Source: Verrucomicrobiota bacterium
Lineage (GTDB): Bacteria > Verrucomicrobiota > Lentisphaeria > Lentisphaerales > Lentisphaeraceae
Assembly (NCBI GenBank): GCA_039798785.1
Contig: JBDKFG010000002.1
Location: forward strand, 1 to 64,000
Direction: 5' to 3'
DNA: 64,000 bases
Each line of letters opens with the position of its first letter. The first letter of the stretch is position 1. The position numbers and the translations under genes were made by a program. This document shows, piece after piece, positions 8,666 to 19,466 of the stretch. The notes beneath the pieces were generated by a model. It was given only the letters and a program-made list of their open reading frames with translations, was not told where the DNA came from and ran no database searches.

Positions 8666-11600
8666 TTATTGAACCAATATAAACTTGTTTTTATCAGAAA
8701 CTGATAAATTCTCATATGCTCTTATCAGACCCTCTCTTAAATCTTCATCAAAATACCTAGATTCAAGTATATAAAAATCATGCTTTTGAAATCTTTTATT
8801 TTTGGGATTTGTCATTTGATCGTAAAAGTACTCAGAGATCTCAAGGCCTGACCCCTCAATCTGCTCCCTAAATTCTCTGTTGTATAGAGCAGAATCACCG
8901 CATGCTTTCATTGAATATTTAACATCTACTGTTTTTCCTTTATTTATTCCGGAGTTGATGTAGTAATCAGGCTTAGCTTGTCCGCCACCAGGAGTTAGAT
9001 CAAGTTTATGTTGACGCTCAGCATCATAAGCTGTCTCTGCCTCTGTGCCTCCTTCAAATTTTCCATTTGGTTTACCATTTTTGTCCCTATACGGTATTCT
9101 AAGGTCCTCAATTCTTTTACCTCTTCTTTTTTTCAAAAGATCTTTGACCTTATCCAAGACTTTTCCACCTGCTTTTGCGGCTACGCCACCAACAAGAGCA
9201 GCTTCAAGCGCAGTTGTTGACATCTCAGATACGAAATCAGTCAATAGTCCCTTGTTCTCTTGCTTGGCTTGCCACTGATAGAACTCGTAGGAATTTTGCC
9301 AATCTTTTGAATCCTCTGTAGATATTGTACTTGGATCAAAGCATTGCTCTTTAGTGTATTTATCCATGCCATTTGAATCTTTAATAGAATACGCAATATT
9401 AAACGAGGAAGCCGTTTTTTCGAGAGCTGCATAGCTCAGATATACCCATTTTCTATTTATTCTTGTCTTAATTATTTTAGTTCCATTTACGTCGATCTCT
9501 TGACCTGCATAAACTTGGTGATTGTAAGGGAATTTAGAAACTTCATAAACCACACCTTTTGTATCAGGGTCAGTTTTGACTTCATCAAGACCGTTTCTGT
9601 CAACATAATTGCCAGGTTCATTCCCCACAAACCCATAAATATTCAATCCACCTTCTTCCTCGATCGGGTCGCGGTTAATCCAACGACCATTAGCTGCATC
9701 GTAATAGCGGAAGCCGTAGTAATAAAGTGATGTTTCCGCATCAAGGTATTTGGTGGAGAAGCGCAGCGGCAGAGGCGCCGCTTCGACGCTGCTCAGGAGT
9801 TCACCGAAGCTGCCGTATTCGTAGCTGTTTTCGACGAGGCCGGTGCTCGGGTTGATGACTCTATCGACATTGCCGCGTTCGTCAGCGAGGGTGAGGTGGT
9901 TGCCGCTGCCGTCCTTGAAGGCCAGCAAGCCGCCGACGCCGCCCGCGCCTTGCAAGGAGCCGGAGAGGTCGAGACCCCAAGTGTAGGAGCGGATGAAGGA
10001 GAGACCGTTGGTCTTGTTATCGAGTTCGGCGACGAGGTTCCAGCCCTCGTAGACGAAGAGGGTGTCGACATCGGCAGTCGAGGTGTTGGCGGGTTCAAAG
10101 ACCTGCTTGCGGTAGCGGCGGCCGGCGTAGTCGTAGAAGAACTTGAGCTTCTGGGTGGTATCCCGCTTGACCATCTCGATCAGGCGATCGGCGCTGTCGA
10201 ATTTATAGGTCCAGGTGGCATCGCCAGTGAGGTTGCCGTCGGCGTCGTAGGTCAGGATCGAGGCTGTCCCGTTGACAGTGAGGCCAGTGAGCTGGTTGAG
10301 CTGGTTACTGGTGTAGGTTTTTGTCTCAGTGCTGGCGTTCTCATCCTTCTTGAACTCAGAGGTCAAGCGGTTGCCGATGTCGTCGTAAGCGGCATCGAAG
10401 CTGGAGAGCGTGGTGGCTCCGGCGAGCTCGGAGGCCTTGAGGCTGGCCTTGGTGAGCTGGCCCTTGTTGTCATATTCGTAGGTCCAAACCGAACCGTCGG
10501 GACGCTTCACCGAGACACGCTGGTTGAGGGCGTTGTGGGTAAGTTCGTGGACAGCGCGGGTCTTCTCGTTGCCGGCGCTGTCGTTGCTGATGCGCTCGAG
10601 TTTGGTGAGACGGCCCATGAGATCTTGGGTGCGGCTGACGGACACGAGGCCGGGTTCCAATTCCGGGTTGCTGGGCACCGGCCCATTGAAGGCCTTGTAG
10701 CCTTTGACGGTGTCGGGAGAGCCAACGACGTAGTCGTAGTTAAAGCTGAGGCCTTCGGAACTGACCGTCTTGAGACGCGAGGCGGTGTCGTAGGTGTAGC
10801 TCGTGGTGGCACCAAAGATCTTGCCAGTGCCTTGGTTGATATTCCAAGCGCTGGAAGTGCGGCGCATCAGATCGTCGTAGGTGTAGATATGACTGAGGTT
10901 GTCGAGCTCGACGGTGCCTGAGGGGTCTTGGAGGTTCATGCCAGTGATGAGACCGAAACCGTTGCGGGTGATGGTCTCGGCGCCACGGTCATCGGAGATT
11001 TTGTTGATCAGGCCCTTGGTGGAGTAGGTGAGAGCGACGTCGGTGGTATCGGGATAGTTGATCTCATCAAGGTCGCCTGCACTGTTGTAGCCGAAGAGGA
11101 CTTTCTGGCCTCGGGCGTTGGTTCGGGAGATGAGGCGGGCAGCCTTGTCGAAGGCGTAGCTAATCTTGCCGTTATTGGGATAGACCTTGTTCATCAAGAG
11201 GCCGGTGAACTGGTCGTAGTTCCAGGTGGTGGTGGCGTCTCCGGCGATGCCTTGGGTGCTCAGGGTCTTGATGCGGCCGAGGTCGTAGCCATAGGTCTGG
11301 GGATAAGCCTGGCTGCCGCTGACACTGAGGAGTTCGCCCTTGAGCGAGTAGCTGTAGCTGATTTCATTGCCGCTGAGCGGCAGGGTGGTCTTGGTGAGAC
11401 GGCCCATGTTGTCATATTCATAGCCAGTAGTTTGAGGAAGGAGGGGGCCGCTGCCATCAGGGTCGACGCCGGTGGCGGAGGTGACTTGGTCGAGGGCGTT
11501 GTATACCAGTCCGGACTCACCCGAGCGGCTGTCACTAACGGCATCGATGCGTCCGAATTTGTCGTAGCTGTAGGAAGCTGAGCTGAGCTGGACGCCCATG

Positions 11601-14600
11601 AGCTCATTGCCTTCCTCATCTTTTTCGATGGAGCCATTGGCGTCACGAGGCGGAGGATTGCGGGTTTCGACGGAGCTGATGCGCCCTTTATTGCTGGTGA
11701 CGATGGTTCTACTGTCATCAGCGGCGATCGAAGTGGAGGTTGATTGGCTGCCATTCCAGACCGTTTCGCTGCTGGATCTGAGGGTTTTGCCGTCGGCGGT
11801 GACCGCAGACCACGATTTCAGGCCGTCGGTGCTGTTCCATGTGGTGGAGGTGATGATGCCGGAGCTTGTTGTGCCGGTGCTGGTAACGGATTTCAGGCAA
11901 TTTTTGCCGTCCTTCACCTCGAAGCTGCGGGCGTAGGTGACCGGATCACGGCCGGTGCTGACGCTGCTGATGATTTCGCCGAGGGTGTTGTAGGTGTAGG
12001 TGGTGGTGACGAGATCCGGGGTCTTGACGGTGGCGAGCTGCCCTTTGGCGTTGTAGGTGTAGAGCGTTTCGCCGCCGATGCTGTTGATTTTGCGGATGGT
12101 GCGACCGAGAGCATCGATGTCTTCATAGCTGCTGACTTTGCCGATGGTGCGTTTGATGCGGCGAGTAATACCGTCGAGTGTGTAGGTGACAGAGGCGGAA
12201 TCGACGGCAGTGCCGGAGATGCTGAGCGGCTCGCCGCTGAGGGCGCGGGTCTGGGTGAAGGTGCTACCGTCAGGCTGGGTCAAAGTCGAGCTGAGCAGGT
12301 CGACCGAGTAGGTAAGGGAAGTAGCGCCCCCGAGGGCGTCCGTGCCGCCGCTCAGCTGACCGAATTTGTCATAGCTCATGCTGGCGATGACCTGCTCGCT
12401 ACTGTCGCTGTCGCTGCCAATGCGGCTGAGACTGGTGGCACGACCAAGGCCGTCGAGGGTGCGCTTGATGCCGCCGACACCGGCGGTGAACTCCTTGGTG
12501 ACTCGGCCGAGACCGTCGCGTTCGATGATGGTTTCCAAGCCGCGGGGATCGGTGATGCTGACTGGGCCGTAACGGTTATAGGTGATTGTCGAGGTTTCTC
12601 CGGTGACCGCATCGCGTATGGTGGTCGGGCGTTTGTAGACATCGGAGCTATCGTAGCGGACATCGGTCAAGAAGATCTTGGTGGCGATGTCCTGGATGCT
12701 ATGAAGTTTGGGTTGGCCGGCGCCGGATTCGGTGATCTCTTCAAATCCTGTGGTGACAATGGTAGAGTTTTTGAAGGTGTTAGCTGCACTATTGGGGTCG
12801 ATATTGTCCGGCGTGCCGTGACGGGCTACGCTACGGGAGGAGCCTTCAAGCTCAGCGGTCTGGCTCCACTTGAAGATGCTCATAGTGCCGTCGGGGCGGA
12901 GGATTTTCTTCGGCTGGAAGCGATGCTTGCCGTTGCCGCCCTCGAGAGCGACATAAGTGGTGAGCTTGCTGCTGAGGCTGGAGCCGTAGTAGTCGCTGCG
13001 GACGTACTCGGTCGGAGCAGTGAAGACCATGGTGCTGCGCGAGATCAACTTGTCGTTGATGAAGACTTTGGTTTCTGCGGGCGGGTTGCGCAGGATCGGC
13101 GTAATGGAGGTGTTGGTGCTGTAGGTAAAGGTCTTTGAGACCGTGCCGAAGGCGCTGGGGAACATCTCTCGCTCCACACGTCCTTCTGTGTCGTAGCTAA
13201 AAGAACGCCACATGCCATCGGGAAGTGTGACCCTCTCAAGACGTTGTTTAGCGGGGTAGTAACGGTGAACATACTGAAAGGTAGTAATTCTTTGCTGATC
13301 GTAGATGGATTTGAGTAGGTCAACATCGCCTTCGCGTTGCCAATTCAAGTGCACCGCTGGCTGGGCCACATTGCCGCTGTAGGCGATGAGGCTTTCGGTG
13401 TAGTTTCCTTGGGCATCCTTGGCGGTAGCCGTCTTGGCGCGGCGGAAGAGCGGATTATTGCCGTTGGAGTCGCATTCCTCGTGGATTTCCCAATTCTTGC
13501 CGGAGCTGTTGATCCAGCGGGTGTGGTGAGGATCGGATTCACCTTCAACCTTGGAGACCAGGAGGAAGTCATTGGCGGTAAGTCTCTTGAAGATGACGTG
13601 GCCGGCGGTATTGAGTCCCTCAACGGGATAGATTCCGGCGGCATCGGGGGCGCCGGCGTATTTGGTGTAGATGTTGACAGTGAAGTATTTGACGGTTCCT
13701 GCACTGCTTTCTATGATGTCGTAGAGGCGGGTGCTGGTGCGGATTTGGCGCGGGATCCGAGTGCCGGTCAAGTAGACAGTGTTCGTCGACGTGGGCACGG
13801 AGGAAAGCTTCAAGTCTGCGGCGGTGCCGGTGAGTTCCGCTGCGGTCTCGGCGGAGATCTGCAACCAGCCATCGGCGCTGGTGCCGAGGGGGATTTCAGC
13901 AAAGAGCGAGTGCATTTCGGCCTTGGCGGTGCCAGCAGGCGCGTCGATGCAAGAACAGCTACAAGGATCAAGCACTTTGATATTGAGATCCTGCTCACAC
14001 TTGAAGTTGCCGGCAAATTTCAAGGTAAGAGTGATTACTAGATCACCAGGAGCCGAGCCAGCTTTCACGGTGACATCATTGGGATTACTTGTAACAGTGG
14101 GTCGATCGAGAATGCCTTTGCCGTCTTTGGTGAAGCTCTTTATCGCCGCTGTCACACTGAACCCGGCTGGCATCTGGCTAATGCCGTTGTCAATGGTGAT
14201 GCTGCCCTTGGCGTCTGCCTGGTAGGTGTTGCACTGAGCGTGGAGGGGGCCGTTAGGGCCGAGTTTCCAGCCATAGCAATCAAAGGTGGGAGAAGAATCT
14301 TTGACCTTAAGTGTTAATGAACCTGATGCACAAACCCTTGATGGATATGGACTTGTGTGCAATGCTTTGATTGATATATCGTTATTGATTGCATTATAAT
14401 TATTTGCTGTGATTTCGATTTCGCTACTGTTGCGTGATGCGCTCGTTCCATTTCCTTCTAGAGTCCAATGAACATTGGCAGGAAGGCCATTGCGCCAGGC
14501 TCTGACCTTGACTATTTCTCCTGGGAGCAGCTCTTTCTTCTCACAGCTCAGGTAAAGCGGCGTATCTTTGAAACTCACGGTGGTCCGGAAGATCAGGCTC

Positions 14601-17600
14601 GATGAGCTGGAAGTGGGGCTTACTTCGGCCCGGATGACCGCCTGGCCCGGAACAAACTTATTGTTGACGTTCTGTGGGTAGATGGTCGCGGACGGGCCGG
14701 ATGTCTCCGTGCTCCCCCAAAATGTGGCGTTGCCGGATTCGATAATAAAGCGGGCGCTGATGGTTCGGCCTTCCGAATCGATCACGTAAGCCTTAATTTG
14801 GCCGCAGAAATCGTCTTCCACTTTGTCAGTCTTCAATACATAGGTGATAGGCGGCTTAGTAAAGTGGACGTAACAAGTGGCGGTAAGCTCAACAGGGTAG
14901 TCACCAACATAGAAGGTGTAGGTCCCTGTGACAGTATACCGTCCTTCTCTGGAGGTACTTACTACTCCATCTGTGGTGATGCTGGCTTCACGGCTATTGA
15001 TAGACCAAGTCACTGAATTAGCGGAAAGTGGGGTCTTTGCAAAATTCTTCGAATAAAGGATAGCGCTCACAGCAATAGTCTGAGTTGTATAGGCAGAGAA
15101 AGGCTTAGGCTCAATCCATAACCATTTATCATGTATAAACTCGACGGTCTCGCGGTCAGTCAAGCCGTAATAGGAGGCCTGCAAGGAGAATCTGCCGAGC
15201 TTTCTGGAGCGAACCTGATTGCCAGTCACCTGCAGTGGGTCCGGAACCGGACTCCAATCGACCATATTAGTTACGTCTTGAGAAGGCAAGGGTGATGAAC
15301 CTTCCGGATAGGAAGGGGTATACATAACCTTGACGGTAATGGGCTCATCAATAACCACGCTAGCCGAACCAATAACAGAAAGCTCCAATTTTGCTGGGTT
15401 CATCCGAATGACGGTGTATATCCCATAGGCTTCTTCTGTACCAACAACTGCTTTCACCTTAATCTGACTTCCAGGCGAGGCATTAGTACCGATCGTTACG
15501 GAATTTGCACTCCCTTGGGTGAGATTTAAACTGCTTCCAAGACCGGTTACGGACCATGTTCCCGAGACGTATGAGGTGCCGCGGGTTAAACTCATATGGA
15601 CGACATCCCCTGGCATGACCATTTTTGTAGCTGGGGACAGGGTAAGTGGGGCAGCTGGAGGCCCGTGCAGAGTATATTCAGCAGTGATATATGAACCTTT
15701 GAAGTAAAATCTAGCTTGAATAATGACATATCCGGAGCCGGTGACTTTAACCGTGACAGGGCCTTTCCCGAGAGTCTTTGTGGGATTGATGGTTGCATTG
15801 GCCCCGTGAGTCGACTTAACCGACCAGGTAACCTCGACATTGCCGGGGTCAGGATCTATGAACACTGAGTATGTATTAGCCAAGGGAACGGAAATCGACC
15901 GATCAGTTGACGCTGTGGAGGTGGCTGCGCGGATCTCTGTCACCGACATTCTTGGTTTTGACTGATCGAGGGCAAGACAGTAGCAAGGCATTGAAGAAGG
16001 AATGAAAGATGAGACGTCATAACCGCTTGAAGATTCGTATACTTCCCGGACATGAATCGACAAAGAAGCGGAGAGGGTACCGGACTGCAAGTTAACGACC
16101 AGGTCACCGGCAAGAGCGTTGTTGAGTATGGCGCTACCATCAGGCAAGCTTGAAAGCTCGGCATTACCGCTGACCAAGGACCAAATCGGGTTAGGAACAG
16201 CAATCAACTCTCCATCAGCTTGTTTCATCCAGGCATTGAGAGGGATGGGGGAGCCCAAGAGCCAAGCATTGGGGTCTGAGTTGATAAGCAGACCCGACGA
16301 GACTGTCCCCGTGCTGCAACTGAGGACACGAGTGGCGCCATCCGGCAATGTCGCAGTGACAGTGAATGTCGCCGCAGAAGGAGTCACTGAGAGAACGGCG
16401 GAGTTGGGGGTGTTCGATCCTTCGACACTCCATGAGCAAGCTTGGGGCAGAAGCTTGCCATCAGGTGTCCGATAATAGGAATAGATTTTTCCAACTTGGC
16501 CGAGGTTCATAGAGCCAAGGGAAATGACCCATGAGGATTCATTAAAGGCAAGCGAGAGCGAGGCGACATGTCCGTCAACGTTAGCCTGAATGAGACCAAG
16601 TCCAGCATTCATGGCGACTACTTCAGTGCGGCTGCCGCTGGGAGCCAATGCTACGAGATGTGCGTCAGGAGTCCCAGGCAAACAGCTCCAAGTTGCATTT
16701 TGTGCGAGAGCTAAATTGCCGTCGGCCAATTTGATCCAAGCTTCAACTGCGAGGCGATCGCCGAGGACGCCCACACGCTGAGGGCAGCGCAAAATAAGGT
16801 CACCAGTCTGAAGACCAGAGTCAGTGAACTCCAGCTCCTGGGTAGCGACGCCGTCATTTTCGGATTGAGCAGAAATGGTAACGATACCGGGAGCCGATGC
16901 TTTGATTTGAGCGATACCGTTCTCGTTAGGGATGATTTCTGCTTGCCCAGAGACGACCGACCAAGTGACAGCTTTGAGGTAAGCCTCCAAGGAGCTGCCA
17001 TCAGCTGTTGGCTGGGCAGGATAAAGAGTGATGACATCCTCGGAAATGGACTTCAAAGCGCTATGCACGATCGTGAGTTTGCCGGTCGCAGCCTGAGCTG
17101 TGAAAGTTATTTGACGTGACATCTCTTGTGCAGACGCGTTAAGTGTAACCGATCCGGCAGCGGAGGGGATAAAGACGAGTTTACCGTCTTCGCGGTGGAT
17201 CAACTCACCCGCGCCTTGCACCAAATCCCATTGAGCGATTGTGTCTGAATACGTGCTCAAACGTCGGCCTGTGCTCGGATCATCACGATAGGTCAGCAGT
17301 TGGGCATTAAGCTGGACCGGTTGACCGACCCGGATTTGCTCGAGGCCGGCATTGACGATGAGATCGCTGCTTCGTTGAGCGATGATACTCAAGGGCAAAC
17401 GAAGGCGAACTCCATCCAGCTCGACGGCAATAACGCAGGATTCGCCTTGGGTGAGGTCTTTACTTTGCAGGGAAACCGAGCTGGCAGACATCAATGTGCC
17501 GCCATCGCGGATTTCAATTTCAGCCTGAGCATTTTCGGTCATCAAAGGAGAGTCGGCATCTGCGGGTTCAAAGCCCCAAGCGACTTGCAGCGGAGTGTAA

Positions 17601-19459
17601 ACACCTTCGTCGCTCTTTTTAAAGGTCTTGAGAGAGAAAGAGCCGCCCAGCTCGACGCTGCGTCGGTTAACAGTTAATGCCAAACCACTGGTAGGATCTT
17701 CGATGATTTCCGGATTGGCAAAGACGAGAGGGACATTCTGGCGGATCCCTTGAGAAGAGGCTTCGCAGACCACAATTCCCTGTTTGCCGTTAGAACGGAC
17801 CTCGATTTCTGCTCCGGTGCCAATGATTTCGGCTTCGCCGCTGACAATTTTCCAAGTGACATCGGCGATGGGGGCATCGTCCCGCCAGGCTTTCAAGGTG
17901 TAGTAGGGGGTCAACTGCTCGTCATGGAGGCTAGAAGTGATGATCAGATCTGTAGCGGGCGGACAAACTTCGACGCTCACAGGGAAGATTTTCTGTCCTG
18001 TCGAGTTGGCAACTTGCAAAAGAAGCTCGCCGGGAGTTGCGGCACTGAGTACGACGCTGCCATCACTTTGAGGAGTCAGTGTGGCCGTGCCGTTTAAAAT
18101 CTGCCACTGGGCGTCGACCATGTCGACGATTCGCCCTTTCGAATCAGGCACCTGGGCTTTTAACTGCACCGGAACGCAATTGGTGATGCGATCAGGAATC
18201 TGAAGCGAAATGGAGCCTTGGCAAACAATGCAGGCCGCTGCACTCTGACCACGGGATTTTGCTTGGACGACGACATCGCCGAAGGAGAGGGGCTTGATCA
18301 CCCAAGTCGACGGCTCTGATCCTATGACGATGCTCGCTTGACCTTGGATCACGCTCCACTCAACATCAGAAATTTGTTCCATGCCATTTTCACCACTCCA
18401 GAAGGCGCGCAGTGGCGTTCCTTCGCCGATGCTGAGTTCGCTATTCCCGAGGGTAGCGAATAGATTGCTGCCGGGAACGCAAAGGGAGGGGGGCTCGACA
18501 TCGCGTGGGAAGACGTAGGTCTGGGAGAGATTGCCGCAGGTGGCAGCGACCGAGATGGTGACTGAGTCGCCGGGTTTGGCGTCTGTAAAGGTCCAGACGG
18601 TGCTAGTCCCTTCGCCGCTGCGGCTATGATTGGAAGGGCTGAGTCCAGCGCCACTGATCGACCAGGAAAGAGTTCCTGCGAGAATGGGCAGCGGCGAGAA
18701 TGCTGCAGTGCAACGGATTTGATTCTTGCTGAGGCTTTCGATGTTGATTGCCGCGAGCGAGGTGACGCTGACTTCAACGCGCTTGGCCTGTTTGCCGTTG
18801 GTGATATCAAAGAGCAGGTTGCCGCCAGTGGTGGTGGGGGTGAAATGAATTTCATAATTGCCGCCGCCGAGATCAATGATTTGCGGCGTGGTGACGGGGT
18901 TGATGAGTTTACGGATGGTGACAATGCTGATCGGATCGCAGGATTGAACTTTGATGACCTGTTCGCCGGCATTGCTGCACAGGAGATAGCTGCTAGGACC
19001 TTCAACGGAGAGCGAGCCTACTGTGACCGGAGAAGTGCGAGCCATCTGGGCTGTGACCGCAGTCGCGGAAATAGTCGTGGCACCTTCTTGAGTGGCGGTG
19101 AAATAACGGGCGGAAGTGGTGTTGGTGTCGGGCTCAGAAGGAACCGGGCTAAGCTGACCGGAGGGGTCATCCCAGGACCAAGAACCGGTGGTCGCGCCTC
19201 TCAGGGTGGCTCGGACAATCGCCTGCTCTCCAATGCAATAGTGGGGATCGACATCGAGGGTGACATCGACAGGGTTGGTCGTGGTCGAATTATCGCCACG
19301 GTTGCCGATGCTCGGATCAGGTGATGCCGCGTCGAGGGAAGTGGGGGAGCTATTGACGCTGGTAACCGGGGCCAGGAGGCCGGTGCCAAAGTTGCCAAAG
19401 GCCCAGATAGCGCCGACGCAGAGAAGGGTCGTCAGCAGGATTTTCAGTTTCGACTTCAT
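8666..19459 (-). CDS. rhs: Giant Rhs/YD-repeat toxin: signal peptide, multiple Ig-like domains, YD core, C-terminal PD-(D/E)XK-type nuclease (CdiA-CT tRNase-like)
   Basis: MKSKLKILLTTLLCVGAIWA signal; many YD repeats; Rhs core RFSTKYLD.ETSLYYYGFRYYD...GRWINRDPIEEEGGLNIYGFVGN.P..YVDRNGL; low-GC toxin tip. Confidence 0.92.
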   Translation of the reverse strand: MKSKLKILLTTLLCVGAIWAFGNFGTGLLAPVTSVNSSPTSLDAASPDPSIGNRGDNSTTTNPVDVTLDVDPHYCIGEQAIVRATLRGATTGSWSWDDPSGQLSPVPSEPDTNTTSARYFTATQEGATTISATAVTAQMARTSPVTVGSLSVEGPSSYLLCSNAGEQVIKVQSCDPISIVTIRKLINPVTTPQIIDLGGGNYEIHFTPTTTGGNLLFDITNGKQAKRVEVSVTSLAAINIESLSKNQIRCTAAFSPLPILAGTLSWSISGAGLSPSNHSRSGEGTSTVWTFTDAKPGDSVTISVAATCGNLSQTYVFPRDVEPPSLCVPGSNLFATLGNSELSIGEGTPLRAFWSGENGMEQISDVEWSVIQGQASIVIGSEPSTWVIKPLSFGDVVVQAKSRGQSAAACIVCQGSISLQIPDRITNCVPVQLKAQVPDSKGRIVDMVDAQWQILNGTATLTPQSDGSVVLSAATPGELLLQVANSTGQKIFPVSVEVCPPATDLIITSSLHDEQLTPYYTLKAWRDDAPIADVTWKIVSGEAEIIGTGAEIEVRSNGKQGIVVCEASSQGIRQNVPLVFANPEIIEDPTSGLALTVNRRSVELGGSFSLKTFKKSDEGVYTPLQVAWGFEPADADSPLMTENAQAEIEIRDGGTLMSASSVSLQSKDLTQGESCVIAVELDGVRLRLPLSIIAQRSSDLIVNAGLEQIRVGQPVQLNAQLLTYRDDPSTGRRLSTYSDTIAQWDLVQGAGELIHREDGKLVFIPSAAGSVTLNASAQEMSRQITFTAQAATGKLTIVHSALKSISEDVITLYPAQPTADGSSLEAYLKAVTWSVVSGQAEIIPNENGIAQIKASAPGIVTISAQSENDGVATQELEFTDSGLQTGDLILRCPQRVGVLGDRLAVEAWIKLADGNLALAQNATWSCLPGTPDAHLVALAPSGSRTEVVAMNAGLGLIQANVDGHVASLSLAFNESSWVISLGSMNLGQVGKIYSYYRTPDGKLLPQACSWSVEGSNTPNSAVLSVTPSAATFTVTATLPDGATRVLSCSTGTVSSGLLINSDPNAWLLGSPIPLNAWMKQADGELIAVPNPIWSLVSGNAELSSLPDGSAILNNALAGDLVVNLQSGTLSASLSIHVREVYESSSGYDVSSFIPSSMPCYCLALDQSKPRMSVTEIRAATSTASTDRSISVPLANTYSVFIDPDPGNVEVTWSVKSTHGANATINPTKTLGKGPVTVKVTGSGYVIIQARFYFKGSYITAEYTLHGPPAAPLTLSPATKMVMPGDVVHMSLTRGTSYVSGTWSVTGLGSSLNLTQGSANSVTIGTNASPGSQIKVKAVVGTEEAYGIYTVIRMNPAKLELSVIGSASVVIDEPITVKVMYTPSYPEGSSPLPSQDVTNMVDWSPVPDPLQVTGNQVRSRKLGRFSLQASYYGLTDRETVEFIHDKWLWIEPKPFSAYTTQTIAVSAILYSKNFAKTPLSANSVTWSINSREASITTDGVVSTSREGRYTVTGTYTFYVGDYPVELTATCYVHFTKPPITYVLKTDKVEDDFCGQIKAYVIDSEGRTISARFIIESGNATFWGSTETSGPSATIYPQNVNNKFVPGQAVIRAEVSPTSSSSSLIFRTTVSFKDTPLYLSCEKKELLPGEIVKVRAWRNGLPANVHWTLEGNGTSASRNSSEIEITANNYNAINNDISIKALHTSPYPSRVCASGSLTLKVKDSSPTFDCYGWKLGPNGPLHAQCNTYQADAKGSITIDNGISQMPAGFSVTAAIKSFTKDGKGILDRPTVTSNPNDVTVKAGSAPGDLVITLTLKFAGNFKCEQDLNIKVLDPCSCSCIDAPAGTAKAEMHSLFAEIPLGTSADGWLQISAETAAELTGTAADLKLSSVPTSTNTVYLTGTRIPRQIRTSTRLYDIIESSAGTVKYFTVNIYTKYAGAPDAAGIYPVEGLNTAGHVIFKRLTANDFLLVSKVEGESDPHHTRWINSSGKNWEIHEECDSNGNNPLFRRAKTATAKDAQGNYTESLIAYSGNVAQPAVHLNWQREGDVDLLKSIYDQQRITTFQYVHRYYPAKQRLERVTLPDGMWRSFSYDTEGRVEREMFPSAFGTVSKTFTYSTNTSITPILRNPPAETKVFINDKLISRSTMVFTAPTEYVRSDYYGSSLSSKLTTYVALEGGNGKHRFQPKKILRPDGTMSIFKWSQTAELEGSSRSVARHGTPDNIDPNSAANTFKNSTIVTTGFEEITESGAGQPKLHSIQDIATKIFLTDVRYDSSDVYKRPTTIRDAVTGETSTITYNRYGPVSITDPRGLETIIERDGLGRVTKEFTAGVGGIKRTLDGLGRATSLSRIGSDSDSSEQVIASMSYDKFGQLSGGTDALGGATSLTYSVDLLSSTLTQPDGSTFTQTRALSGEPLSISGTAVDSASVTYTLDGITRRIKRTIGKVSSYEDIDALGRTIRKINSIGGETLYTYNAKGQLATVKTPDLVTTTYTYNTLGEIISSVSTGRDPVTYARSFEVKDGKNCLKSVTSTGTTSSGIITSTTWNSTDGLKSWSAVTADGKTLRSSSETVWNGSQSTSTSIAADDSRTIVTSNKGRISSVETRNPPPRDANGSIEKDEEGNELMGVQLSSASYSYDKFGRIDAVSDSRSGESGLVYNALDQVTSATGVDPDGSGPLLPQTTGYEYDNMGRLTKTTLPLSGNEISYSYSLKGELLSVSGSQAYPQTYGYDLGRIKTLSTQGIAGDATTTWNYDQFTGLLMNKVYPNNGKISYAFDKAARLISRTNARGQKVLFGYNSAGDLDEINYPDTTDVALTYSTKGLINKISDDRGAETITRNGFGLITGMNLQDPSGTVELDNLSHIYTYDDLMRRTSSAWNINQGTGKIFGATTSYTYDTASRLKTVSSEGLSFNYDYVVGSPDTVKGYKAFNGPVPSNPELEPGLVSVSRTQDLMGRLTKLERISNDSAGNEKTRAVHELTHNALNQRVSVKRPDGSVWTYEYDNKGQLTKASLKASELAGATTLSSFDAAYDDIGNRLTSEFKKDENASTETKTYTSNQLNQLTGLTVNGTASILTYDADGNLTGDATWTYKFDSADRLIEMVKRDTTQKLKFFYDYAGRRYRKQVFEPANTSTADVDTLFVYEGWNLVAELDNKTNGLSFIRSYTWGLDLSGSLQGAGGVGGLLAFKDGSGNHLTLADERGNVDRVINPSTGLVENSYEYGSFGELLSSVEAAPLPLRFSTKYLDAETSLYYYGFRYYDAANGRWINRDPIEEEGGLNIYGFVGNEPGNYVDRNGLDEVKTDPDTKGVVYEVSKFPYNHQVYAGQEIDVNGTKIIKTRINRKWVYLSYAALEKTASSFNIAYSIKDSNGMDKYTKEQCFDPSTISTEDSKDWQNSYEFYQWQAKQENKGLLTDFVSEMSTTALEAALVGGVAAKAGGKVLDKVKDLLKKRRGKRIEDLRIPYRDKNGKPNGKFEGGTEAETAYDAERQHKLDLTPGGGQAKPDYYINSGINKGKTVDVKYSMKACGDSALYNREFREQIEGSGLEISEYFYDQMTNPKNKRFQKHDFYILESRYFDEDLREGLIRAYENLSVSDKNKFILVQ

Positions 19460-19466
19460 GCAGGTA

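Noticed and set aside
9896..14225. Long + strand ORFs (e.g. 11744-13138, 9896-10921)
   Set aside because: Antisense shadows of the GC3-rich rhs gene with no motifs
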